Origin: Sphaerodactylus townsendi
Taxonomy: Eukaryota
Length of the DNA stretch: 64,000 nucleotides
Direction: 5' to 3'
NCBI RefSeq assembly: GCF_021028975.2
Contig: NC_059438.1
Coordinates: 25,854,001-25,918,000 of the forward strand
Positions 13,316 through 24,885 of the stretch are shown piece by piece. The notes beneath the pieces were generated by a model that did not search any database, was not told where the DNA came from, and saw only the letters and a program-made list of their open reading frames with translations. Every line of letters begins with the position of its first letter. Position 1 is the stretch's first letter. Position numbers and translations under genes: made by a program.

Positions 13316-13422
13316 CAGTGGTGGGATTCAGCAGGTTGGTACCACTTCGGCAGAACCAGTTGTTAAATTGTGTGAATCCCACCACCGGAACCGGTTGTTG
13401 AACTAGCTGAATCCCACCGCTG
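13316..13422. mobile_element. hAT-type MITE (TIR CAGTGGTGGGATTCA)
   Basis: Inverted termini CAGTGGTGGGATTCAGC / GCTGAATCCCACCGCTG. Same family as 31513-31613; the TSD is degenerate. Confidence 0.8.
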
Positions 13423-15024
13423 CCTGGATCCCTCGGTGATGCTGACCTTTCTCACAGGGGACCAAGTCTGTTGGGAAGGAGAGGGGCTGTTTGCCTACAG
13501 GGGCCTGCCGGTCATGGCTGCCCCCCTTCAGGTGCTTCTCAGGTGAGGGGCTTCTGTGAGAATGGTTGATTCCCCTTTAAAAAGAAAAGCTGGACTCACC
13601 GTGACCAATATTTTACATTCCACGTGTGAAGAAGATTCATGCGTCAGAAGATTCCTATTATTGGGATGGGGGAATATTCCCCGCTGGATTTATGGACTTT
13701 TGTTAAGAACCTCATTCATATGTGTTAGCCAATGAGTTCTTTGGGTTTGTCGTCCCAGGAGCTGAGGGCAGGCTTCCGCTGTTTTATCCTTACAATGATC
13801 AAGGGGAAGTTGAGACGAAATGAATGGCCCAAGCGCCCCCCTGCCTCCCCCCCCCCCCACGCTGAGATTCCTGGTGAGCAGAGATGGGCAGGTGGGTCCC
13901 CCAGATCTTATACTGACAATGCTTCCCCCCCGCCCAGGCTAAGCCTTTTCCTTGGGTGCTCTTTGAATGACACTACTCTCCGGCCCCACTCGACACTCCC
14001 CATACTAGCTGCCAGCTGGGCATTGAGGTCAGGTCACCCCTCTGGTTCTGTTCATGTCAGAGGCACAGACCACACGGAAGAGGAGAACGTGCCCCCAGCG
14101 CCCGGGGCTCCAGCCAGGCAGGGGCTCAGGGGCTCAGTGTCCACTTTGCACGCAGAAGGCCCCAAGCGCAGTCCCTGGCCTGGTCAGCCGAAAAGGTCAG
14201 GCGGGAGAGGGTGCTGGTCAGCCAGGACCGGCCATGATGCCCCCACCGCCTGTCAGCCAGGCCCCTCCCTCTTCTCCCTGCTGGGACTCCCATTCAAACC
14301 TGCTGCAGCAAGCATGTTTGGGGCTTCCTTTTGTGGCAGCCGTTCCCTCCTGCCCAAGACTTGATGTTCCCAGAGAGGCTGGGATGGCTTGCACGCCCCC
14401 CTCCCCCCGCCCTCCTCAGCTGCTGCAAGGACCAGCCCAGGTCGCTGCGAGGACTGTTTGGCGGCCGGCTGGGGAGTCTGGTCTGGTTTCTCTTTGGGGC
14501 TTTCCTTGTGAGTGTTTCCCTCTTCAGAGGCCAAAGGCGCTTGCTGCGAGGCCCCTGTGGGGTGTGTGTGTGTGGGGGGGCTTCTCTGGCATTTGTGGTG
14601 GGAGGGTGTGTCCCTGTGCTCACAGGCCTGCGCATAGTTGTCCGTGGAGCTTCCCTATGAACCCCTGGGCTTATTTGGCGCCACTTGCATTGCGATTGGG
14701 GTTAGGCTGCAGGCCGAGGACCTGGGCTGGCTCCCTCCCTCCCCCCAGACCTCCTGCTGCCCAGACTGCCTTTCAAGCCAGGGTGCTCGTGACAGGAGAG
14801 CTTCTGGAAGCTCAACAGGAGCAGCCTTGGCCCTTTGTCTTTCCGGAGCGACGTGAGCCTTTGGTTTGGAAAAGAGGCGCTTCCCAGCCAGGAAGCAGAG
14901 GGGTCTCCAGCCGAGAGAGGGCTGCTCTGTGCTCTGGCCCTGGCTTGAGAGGCCGGCAGCCTCCTCAGGAGTTAGCCAAGTGCCGCCACGGTTGCTCACC
15001 TGCTGCCCCCCTTTGCCCCCGCAG

Positions 15025-15259
15025 CACCTTCAGCACCACGAGATCAGCATGGAGGGGGAGAGCTGCTACTACCACTGCATCCTCTGCAGCTACTCGACCA
15101 AGGCCAAGCTGAACCTGCTTCAGCACGTGCGCTCCATGAAGCACCAGCGCAGCGAGAGCCTGCGGAAGCTGCAGCGCTTGCAGAAGGGCCTCCCGGAAGA
15201 AGAGGACGAGGACCTGGCGCAGATCTTCACCCTCCGGAAGTGTCCTGCGCCTGAGGCGG
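15025..15259 (+). CDS. ZFHX3: ZFHX3 internal coding exon (equivalent to human exon 4), C2H2 zinc finger
   Basis: Polypyrimidine tract + GCAG acceptor ending at 15024 and donor G|GTGAGT at 15260. Translates [78 protein letters not shown], matching remembered ZFHX3. 235 nt, phase 0 to phase 1. Confidence 0.97.
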
Positions 15260-18060
15260 GTGAGTCATGCTCTGACCCCTAACTCTGCCCCTTGTCTTGC
15301 TGTTTCAGAGAGGAGGAGGGAGGGGGCACACACACACACCCCCAGTGCTGGAGGCCCGTTGCCCTGCCACCTTCTTGTGGGTGGGTGGGTGGGTGGTGGC
15401 CTCCGTTTGCTGGCTGCGCTAGAAAGCCAAAGGGCTTTTGCTGGGGGGCGGGGCGGGGCTGCTGCTGGCTTAGCTAGATCCACACAAGGCCGTGGAGGCT
15501 GTGGGGTCGGGGCTGTGACCGGAGGACCGGGGACTTGCTGCTTCTGCACCCTTGCAGGGCCCTGGGGCAAAATCTCCTGCACCCTGCTTGCGGGGGGGGG
15601 GGGGGGGGGCACCACTGTCCTTAATGAGCTCACCAGCCCTGTGCTCCTTTTCCTTTGTGGTCGTGGCCTGGCAGCTCCCTTCAGTGTGCTGCCCAGAAAG
15701 GCCAGGGTGGGGGGCAGGGGGGCACACCAGTGGTCCTGGCCGGCCTCCCATCCACTCGGCCCTGCGTCACTCTTGGCCTGGCCCTGTGTGCTTGGCCTAT
15801 GAGGGTGGCCATAGGTAGAGAGACCCTCTGGCTCCTCAGCTGGCCCGCAGTGCCCACTCTCCAGCCGCTCTGTCAGGCTAAGGGGGAAAGGAGCTGTTTT
15901 GGGGGCGCTGTTCTGTGGCATCGTAGCCAGATGAGGCTGGACAGGCCCAGCGTGGGAGAGGCAACCCAGGAGGCCTGGCAGGAAGTGGCTGTGAGCAGCA
16001 CCGGGGCCACAGGGGAGGTCCGTGGCTTCCAGCAGCTGCTGCTGCTGCCGTGGTAGGGCAGGGTCCTTTCCCTCGGGTGTGGAGGGAAGGACCCGCCACG
16101 CCTCCAGGCATCCTGGGCTCTGCCCCTCCAGCGCCCCCTTGCTCATGCCGGCCTCGTCCTGTGGTCCCGTGGGGCCCTGGGTAGCGTCCGTGAGTCCAGA
16201 CTCTCGGCAGCCTCAGGGTGGGCAAAGGTCTGCTGCCCTTGGGAGGCAGAGTTCTTGTCTTCCACTGCTCGGGTCAGGACCTGCTTTTGTGCTCAGTGTT
16301 TTTGCTGCCAGTGCCTTCCTCAGGAAGAGGCCTCATCCTTTGCATGCAGCTGGCACCGCAGAAGTTGGTGTGGACAGACAGCCCTGCTGGGCTGGCCTGT
16401 GGCCGAGGGCCGAGTGTCGCTCGACCGGGCCCTACGGCTGGGCTTCCCTCACCGCAGGCGTTGGCGGCAGCAGCTGATGGCCTGCGCAAGGGCTCAGTGT
16501 CGGTGACGGGCAACAGGGTGGGTTCTGAAGCCCCGGCAGTGCCTGGCTCTGGCCCCTCCCCCTTCCCACGGCAGGAGTCCTCTTGGGCAACAGGGGTTGC
16601 GTTGGGCTGCCACGGGATGAGAGGGGGGCATGTGGGCATCGGGGTTTCCCTGGGCTTTCTTTTGGGCTGCTCCAGGAGATCCTGGTCGTGTTCCTTTCCC
16701 CTGGCGGCCGGGCACAGCCTGGCAGAGGGGACTGTGGCATCCCATGCTTCTGGGCGGAGAGGCAGGCTCCTCGAGCGGCACCCCTCCTCCCGGCACGGGG
16801 GGGGGGGCATCTTTTACGTGGCCGACCTTGAGCACAGGCTTCAGAGAAAGGCAGCGCATGATTGCTTTCCCGCACTGAAAGCAGCACTGAAGAGTCCCCC
16901 GCCTGCCTGGGGGTCAGAGATTGAAGCATTGCTTTATTTAGACGGCAGCATTCTCCCCCTTGTGTGTTTTTCCTCACAGTGGGTGAGGTGGCTGAGAGAG
17001 AGGGATGGGCCCACAGTTTCCCTGGGAACTTCCGACTTCCTGTCTGACGCTGTCCCCACAATGCCGGGCTGGCGCTCTGGCTCAGCTTGGAGCTGCAGGA
17101 ATAGCCCCAAGAGGGGACAAAACCGGTGGGCAGCCTGGGGTGGCTGGGTCTTGGAAGGGAAGAGCGGCTCCCGTTCGTGGTGGGAGCACCCTGCCCTGCC
17201 TCTCTTTGGTGGGGAGCTGATCTCTGCAGGGTACGAAGGACTTGATCCTTTCCCTTTCCTTGGAAGTTCGTTGCGGACTCGGGAGAGGGGCTGGAGGGCC
17301 TGGTGTGGACACCACCCCCAACCCCCCAAGCACTGTTTTAATGAGAGCCTCCCAGGGAGTGCCTCGTGGGAGGATTGTGGCGCGCAGCAGCGCAAAGGCA
17401 TGTTGCAGCCGCCCGCTCTGAAGCGTGGCAGGAACCTCATCAAGGCCCAGCCGGCTTCGCAGGCGCTTGTCCTCGTCGGCCACGGCTGGCTTTCATTAAG
17501 CAGCAAGAGAGGAAGCTCCGGCGGCGGCGGCGGCTGACTCGTTCCAGAGTGTTTTCCTTGTTCGGCTGCATCCGAAAGCCACGGCTGAGGAGGAGTCAGT
17601 CGGCAGCCGTCCTGGCAGCTCAGCCAGGAGGAGGCTTGGCAGTGCTTTGGGGTCCCCCTGCTGGCAGCTTTTCTGCAGGAAACGTTTCCCTGCCGCTGCA
17701 GTGGGATACGGCGCGTGGGCACGCGTGAGAAAGAGGAGGGGGAGTCCTTTGCAGTCGCCCCTCAAACTCGGCTGGCCGGGCTGGTCCCCTGGAGCACACA
17801 CCCCCTTGCTCCCGCCCGTGGGTTGCCGTCACCAGCCTGGCACTACCTGAGGCTGTTCCCCGTGGGGTGGCACCCTGCACTCCTGGGCAGTCTGGAAAGT
17901 GGCTGTCTCGCCACGCACGGGACGGGAGGAGCTTCTTCCCTGCAACGTGTCTCAGACTTCTGTTGAGGGTTCGTCCACAGTGTGCCACCAAAAGGGAAAA
18001 GCACTCTTTGGGGAAGCCCCCTCACGCTTCCAGGTGTGTGAGGGTCAGTACAGTTTAGGG

Positions 18061-18208
18061 CAGGGGTAGGGAACCTGCGGCTCTCCAGATGTTCAGGAAC
18101 TACAATTCCCATCAGCCTCTGTCAGCATGGCCAATTGGCCATGCTGGTAGGGGCTGATGGGAATTGTAGTTCCTGAACATCTGGAGAGCCGCAGGTTCCC
18201 TACCCCTG
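18061..18208. mobile_element. Palindromic hAT MITE, 148 bp
   Basis: Two 74-bp arms centred on CCAA|TTGG with only 3 differences, and a perfect 8-bp TSD GTTTAGGG at 18053-18060 and 18209-18216. Confidence 0.96.
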
Positions 18209-19484
18209 GTTTAGGGCATCATGGATTTACAGGGAAAGGAGGGGATTCGAGAACTACTCTGCATTGGGTCGGCGGTGGGGGCTTCTCTTTCTCGGGCGAT
18301 GGTAACACTGAACAGTAGCTGAAGGAGAATGTCTAGGGGGTGGACTGCGGTGCTGACGGCCGCTTTTGCTCAGGCTGGAGGAGGGAGTCTGTTTGCTAAA
18401 GCAGCGGACAAGGCTGCAGCCAGCCGGGGGGGGTGGGGGGGGGCGGGGGGCTGCATGTTCAGGGGTTCTTACAAGATAGCAGGAGATCATTTTTGCAAAG
18501 TCCTGTTTTTGAACTTAAACCCCCCCCTGCGGTGTGAGCCTGCTCCCAGAAACAATCCAGATGTGATCCCCCTAGAGATCCCTTTCTTCAGGGTAACGGG
18601 GGATATGATTGCTCCAGGATGCCCACTTTTGCCCAGTGGTGCTATGACTCCATTTTGACCCTTCTCTCAGCCCAATCCTTTTGAGCTCCCGTTGGGGTTT
18701 CTCCGTGTTCCTCCTCTGGCCAGGCCAAGACTGGCTGTCCTTCAGGGCCTTTGGCTGCTGCTCAGGCCTGCACACGTGCCGTTTTGGCTGAGGGCTGGTT
18801 CTCCAGAAGTGGCAACTGGCCATTGTCACAGGCAGGGGGCAAAGGGAGCTGGCAGGTGGGGTGGAGAGCTCTGAGCACTGGCGGGCAAGGTGGGCTTTTC
18901 CTCTGGGGTGGGGAGGGGCGCAAGATCAGGGATTGCAGCCGGTGGGCTCAGGAACGCTCCATGTTTATGAATCCTGTGAAGACACGAGCGCCTTCCCTGC
19001 GCACGGAGGGGAAGTTTGTGCGTTCAGTGCCAGGGGGGAGGAGGAGCGCTTTGTGGTCTGGTCTCACTTCTGGATCAAAAGCGGCTGCATCTCCAGCAGC
19101 GGGTTTGAGCAGAGGGCGTCCGCTGTGTTCACAGCCGGGCTCAGCCAGCTCGTTTTGTGGTGAACCGCCGTGTAGACAGGCCCTGAGGGGTGGTTAGCAG
19201 GAGGCTTGTTGGTTTGGTTCTCCCTGCTGGACCCAGCGAGGAGGGTGTCCAGGCCCGAGGAGACGGGCTGTGGCTGGCAGTGGTCATGGACATGGCATGG
19301 CTGCTCCACGGACCAGCACTGAGTGTCCAGGTGGGGCAGAGTTGGTGGCCTGGGAGTTTGGTGGTGATTCTGCCCTTCACTTGCCGGGGGCCAGGACACC
19401 CTCTGTGGCAGCCCACCGCAAAGCCGGGGGGCGGGGGTTGGTGTGCCGTGGATGGGACGGGGCAGAAGTCGGAGAAGGCTTGAG

Positions 19485-19780
19485 AGCATTGCAAGCGTCC
19501 TTTTTGCCAGCAAGGTCGTTCATAACTTGGCTGCGCTGCTGATGTACAGTCGGTGATATTGATTGATTAATGTATAAAAAGCACCAAATGCATTTGCTTC
19601 TATGAGAGAGAATAAAGTGCAGGCGAGCCTCTCTTTATTTTCACCTCATCCTTTTGTTTGAAGGACATGCCCCCCCCCCCCTTGTTTTGCAGGCTTCATT
19701 TAAGGGGGCTACAAAAAGCCAGTTTCTGCCAAGTAATGTGTTCACAAAAGGGACATTGATTCACATCAGTATCGCTTGAG
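19485..19780. promoter_or_regulatory. Candidate conserved non-coding enhancer with PBX-HOX-type sites
   Basis: Overlapping TGATTGAT and TGATTAAT at 19560-19571 within an AT-rich island. Confidence 0.5.
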
Positions 19781-21664
19781 TGACCCTTGCTAAGGAGGGG
19801 CCGTTGCATTAACCCTTCTCTGCACCTGCAGCGCGCTCGGCCTCCTCCGGCTTGGAAGGGGACAGCACCAGAGAGGGGTTGCCTCCGCTGCCCCTCTCTC
19901 TCCCCCTGCCCCACCATGGAGCCCCTGGGCCATAGCCTGCTTTGGGATTCCCTCCCAGGCTGCTTGCTGGCTGCGTGTGAAGGAGTTCCCCAGGCAGAGG
20001 CCCGTCCTGGCTGGCCGGGTGGGGTGGGGTGGAGGCCCTTTTCGTTTTCAGAGCAGCTTCCTGGGAGGGGAGCAGCAGGCAAAGAAAGGGGAAGGCAAGT
20101 CCAGGGGACTGGCCAGACGTTGAGGACCCAGGGATGGCTGTGTGGCCTGCTGCTGGAAACAGGGGTTGCCTGGCCAGCCCAGCCCAGTGGGTTCCTTCAG
20201 AAGGTGTGGGGAGATCTTGCAGCAGAATAGGACCTCCATTGGCATAGCCCCCCCCCCTTGTTTGCTCATATGAATAGTCCATCCCCTTGGTGCCCTGGGG
20301 GCAGGCGCTGTCTTTTGTTTGGCTGTACGACTCCTGGCCCAGCCAGGCTCCCAACCACTATGGTGGCCAGAGCGGCTCCAGTGCCCAGCCTTGATTGCGC
20401 AAAAAGAGCCACCTCCCCTTCCCGTGCAGAGGTGTCCTCTGGGGCAAAAGGCAACGCTCTGTGGGGCCGCAGGCAGGCAGGTATGGTGGTTGGCGTTGGC
20501 CTGGCTGCCAGGCGGCTGACGAAGGAGGAGGCTGGCTACAGGGACGCGCACGTCGAGCCAGACGGCCTGCCTGGGGGCTGTCTTTGCTGTCCCGCACGCC
20601 TTTCTCCCTTCCCTGTTCTGATGCGGGGGGGGGGGGGTGCACGTGTTGGGAGCCCCTCTGGCAGAGAGCGGATTTGAAAATGGGGGCAGCTCCTCGGTCT
20701 GATGCGCCTTCCTGCTCCAGGCAGGTCGCTCCTCGGGCTGGGCTGTGATTTCCTGAGGATGTAGTGACTTTTTTCATGTTGCTCTTTCAATTGGACCGGA
20801 GCTGCTCAGGCAGAAAGCGCCCCCGCCCCACCCCGACAAGGTCACCAGAGCAGTGACTGGTGGGGGACATGTTTGTGGGGCTGGGTAGTGTGTGCATGAA
20901 CTCCTGTGGCTTCTGAGAGGAAAATTAAGCTTGCCTGTGCAATATTTGTACAGGATTTTTGGGTACGTGTCTGCAGAATGCTGTGGAGGAGGACGTGTTG
21001 TTGATGGATTCTTGGTGCTGAAGGAAAACATGGCACTAAGAAGCAAAGATTTTAAATCGGGGAGAGTCTTGCAGCTTGAGCGAGCGACTCTGACACGTAA
21101 TTGGTCGGGGCTGAAACAGACCGTTTTCTGCCATGGAGATCTGTGTTCTGACTCTCTCAGGGCGGTGCGTGCAGGTGGGCTTTCTGGAGGTGGCTCCAGA
21201 GGCCCCTTTGGAAATGGCAGGGGGAGCTCCGGGGGGGGGGGGCGGGGGAGGCTTCTGCTGAGTGGTGGGCAGAAGGGGGTGCAATTAAAGGCAGGACCCA
21301 AGAGCATCCCTCAGAGCACAGCCGGGCCAGTCTCTTTCCAGACTTGTGTGTGCAGCCCTGACATGGAGACCCCCGACTTCTTTGCCCTCAAGGCCTGTCT
21401 CCCGGTGGGAGTGCAGAAGGCTGCGCTGGGCTGCAGCTGGAAGCCCTGGCCTGGGAAGGACACCTTGTGCCAAGGTGGGAGGCCAGAGCATCCAGATGCC
21501 CCAATCAGTGCTGGTTGCAAGATGCCAGATGGAGCTCAAGGGTTGCCCTGGTGGCATCCTGGAAATGGTCGGCATCACATTCAGCCTTGCTCTGCTTTCT
21601 GCTGTTGTCTTTGTGCTGGCCACCCACAGCTGTGTTCTGGGGAGGGTTCTTCATGAAAAATGGG

Positions 21665-22012
21665 CTGTCAGTCATGTGCAGGGTGAAGAAAGTGGGTAGA
21701 GAGAGCTTTCTCCTCCTTTCCCACAATACTGGGGCTCAGGGGCCCAAAGTAAAACCAGCTTCAGGACAGATCAGAGGCAACCAGTAACCCAACTGCCCTG
21801 TCCCTGGGGGGCTGGAGAGACCCAGGAGCTTTGAGGCCCCAGGCCGGTCCCAGAAGGAGAGCCCCATCAGTGGCCACCAGCTGTGGGAAGCGGAGGGCGC
21901 ATCCATCTCCTCTGGGGATCCTGTTCGCCAGCCCCCAAGACAGCTGGTTGGTTGCTGTATGAGTCAGGATGCTGGCCTAGATAGGTGGCTGATCGGATCC
22001 ATCCAGGCTCTT
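21665..22012 (+). mobile_element. Highly diverged CR1 LINE 3' end
   Basis: aaagtgggtagagagagctttctcctcctttcccacaatact resembles 32670-32720; ends gatgctggcctagataggt...atccaggctctt. Confidence 0.55.
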
Positions 22013-23689
22013 CCGGTCGCCTTTCTTTAGCTGAGATGCACATAGAGGTGCTGCTCTTTTCCCAGATGGTCCTCAGAGCCGATGAGGCAGCAGCTCCCGA
22101 ATCTTTTTGCCAGATGTTTTCAGCCCTTCGCCTTCAGGTTTTCCTTCCCCGTCGTTCTCCGTGTGGCCCTCGATCCTTCTTGTTGGAAGTGCCTCTTCCT
22201 TTTCCACTTTCCAGCACATATCTCGTGAGGATGCAAAATCCAACAACCAGATCTCTGAGATTTGAGCGTAAAATAAAAGTAAACTCTGCTTGAAAACACT
22301 TTAGCGGGAAGCCGGGCTAATTGTAAATCAATGAGTCTTAAAATGCAGCATTGATCTCTAGTTAGAAGTTTGAAAGGGAAAGCGGTAATTACTGTGCTCC
22401 GAAGGTAGATTTTTTCTCTCCTGAGTTCTGGGCAGAAAGAAGACTCATTAAGGGCAGCGATTTGGAAGGTGGGTAATTAGTTTTAAAAGTGCTTTTCTGA
22501 TGCTATTGCTTGGTCTAGAAAGGGCTGGAGTCCTCCCAGGTTGATAGTTTGAAGCCTCAACAAGGTGTGATTTCCTTGCTGGGCTGGAGGTTGGCCGATT
22601 CTTGGGTAGCCGTCCAGGGCCCCTGCCTGTGACACAGCGTCTTCGTCAGCTGGTGTCTGTTTGTGGGGCTGATGGGGCAAAGGACGTCTTCTTCTTGGGG
22701 GGCAGGTTCTCCACTCCCTTGGAAGTGGGAGGTCCCCCATCCTGGGGCTGCTAGGAAGTGGCTGGTGGGCCTTCAGCACAGGTGGGTCCCGCCCTCGGTC
22801 TCCACCTCGAGGCCCAGAAAGAGGATCATCACCGTGCCAGGCTCCTCTGCCTTGGCAGGTGACCAAGTCACGACTCCCTTAAACAAGGGGCGTGTGTCAA
22901 GAAGGTCTTTCCTGCGGCTGGGCCCTGAGATCCCACAGGGGCCTGGAGATCGAACGGTTGAGCTGCTTCAGGCAACGCAGCAGCAGGCTCCTCGAATGCC
23001 GCAGGGCTGCTGAGGAGATGCCCTCCCTCTTGCTGTGGGGCAAGGGACTGCTTGCTGCTAGAACGAGCAGCTCCGGGCTCCAGCCCAGCAGGCTTTCCCA
23101 GGTGCCCCAGGCGCAAGGCAGCCAGGCCCAAAATGTCAGTCTTGTTGGAGTGCCGGGGAGAGCAGAAGACGTGACGTCCACCTGGGGGCATAAAAGGCCC
23201 CCGGGCCCGAGGAGCATTTGTTGTGCTGGTCTGTCTCCTTGGCCAAGGCAGGCCATTCAGGGAAGGTGGAAGCACAGGCATAGCTGGCAGGTTCAGGTAA
23301 CGGGTCTCCTCGGCAGGATGAGCTGCTGTCCTTGGAGATCAGGCCCCCCCCCGCCCCCCCCAGCTGCCCCTGAGCCTCTTCTCTGGGCTGAGCCCGGGCT
23401 CTTCCGTCACTAAGAAGGAAGTCGGGCCAAGTGGGGGAAGAGCCTGAGGGCAAGGGCAGCTCTTGGCTGGGGTGCTCTGGGTGTGACCCTTGGCTGCAGG
23501 TCTCCCGGCTGCCCTCTTTTGCCCTTGGGAGCTGTGGACTGATAGGGCCAGGCCCTCTCGTCTTGCCCCAGGCATCTTGGGACCTGCATCCTTGAGGGGC
23601 CGCCTCTCCCTCTGTCTGCTGGGCAGCTCAGTGCTCCAAGAGGGGTCTCGGTCCTTGCCAGAGATAGCTTTTGCCAGTCACGGCCTGGC

Positions 23690-24230
23690 TTCCGCCTCTT
23701 TCTGGAGTGCCTGTGAAGTTTGGGCTCTTCTGAAGAGAACCCGCATGAGAATCTGGTGGGCTGCCCAGTGTGCAGATGGACCTCCCATGGGCCAGGGGTA
23801 CTTAGGAGTCCCTTGGCTTCTGATCACAGTGTCCACTGGGGGTTATAACAGAAGAGAGGGGCACGCAAATATCCTGGACCCAGACCATGAAGGGCTTTAA
23901 ACATCAGCATTAAAACCTTGAAGCCGATTCAGTTCTCAACTGGCAACCAGTGCAGTTCGCGCAACACCGGTGATGTATGTGTGCGCCACGGTGACCCCGA
24001 GAGGAGCCGGGCAGCTGCATTCTGGACCAGCATAGAGTGCGTCACAGTAATCCAATCTGGAGGTGACCATCGCGTGGGTCACTGTAGCCAGGTCAGAGAA
24101 CGATAAGTAGGGGGCGAGCTGCCTTACCTGGCGAAGGTGAAAAATGCCAGTTGGGCAGCCTTGGTGAGCTGGGCCTCCATAGACAACGTGGAATCCAGGA
24201 TCTCTCTCAGACTCTTGACCGTTGAAGTGG
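23690..24230 (-). mobile_element. L2-type LINE ORF2 C-terminal fragment
   Basis: Minus-strand translation across frameshifts gives ILDSTLSMEAQLTK..HLRQVRQLAPYLSFSDLATVTHAMVTSRLDYC..VQNAAARLL..SPVLRELHWLPV, which are hallmark L2 motifs. Confidence 0.85.
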
Positions 24231-24335
24231 GTTCAAGTGGTAGCAGAACAATCAGGAAGAAGCTGGAAGGAGTGGGCGGCTGAATGAATGTGCACACCCG
24301 GTTTTCCTTTTGTGGAAAGCAGGCCTGCCATTCAT

Positions 24336-24529
24336 NNNNNNNNNNNNNNNNNNNNNNNNNNNNNNNNNNNNNNNNNNNNNNNNNNNNNNNNNNNNNNNNN
24401 NNNNNNNNNNNNNNNNNNNNNNNNNNNNNNNNNNNNNNNNNNNNNNNNNNNNNNNNNNNNNNNNNNNNNNNNNNNNNNNNNNNNNNNNNNNNNNNNNNNN
24501 NNNNNNNNNNNNNNNNNNNNNNNNNNNNN
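24336..24529. other. Assembly gap
   Basis: Run of N. Confidence 1.
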
Positions 24530-24684
24530 CAGGGCAGGAGTGGGTTTTGACCGCAGACCCAGCTGTGGCAGAAGGGGGGCTAACAGAAACATCTGCTCAT
24601 GGAAAAGCGGAGGCCCTTGGCATAGCAGAGCGGCGTGGCTCTAACTCCAGCCTTCTGGCAGGCGTTGAAGCGAGTGGCAGCCGC

Positions 24685-24885
24685 TGGCCAGAAATTGATT
24701 ACATTAATTGATATGCCAATAAGAGAGCTTGTTACCTCTGCCATTGGTTAGGCCAGCTAACAAGTCCTGCTGATCAATGAAACCAATCAGGGTTTCAGCC
24801 TTTAATAAGCAGCGTGGTAATTAATGTAACCCATAAATGAATTAGCCAAAGTAGCTAATGTTCCGGTTAGTGCATTGAATGGCCG
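24685..24885. promoter_or_regulatory. Candidate conserved non-coding enhancer (homeodomain and CCAAT motif cluster)
   Basis: AT-rich non-repetitive island in a GC-rich intron with many TAAT/ATTA cores, several CCAAT/ATTGG and CCATAAA. Conservation is inferred, not tested. Confidence 0.55.

Noticed and set aside
13316-13422. Repeated TGAATCCCACC units read as a CRISPR-like array
   Set aside because: There are only two units, and they are part of a MITE terminal repeat in a vertebrate genome.
16218-17537. 439-aa intronic ORF, and similar 200-380 aa ORFs such as 14054-15112, 33431-34279 and 36744-37886
   Set aside because: High GC content makes stop codons rare and no protein motifs are evident. 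Only the short embedded ZFHX3 exon within 36744-37886 is supported.
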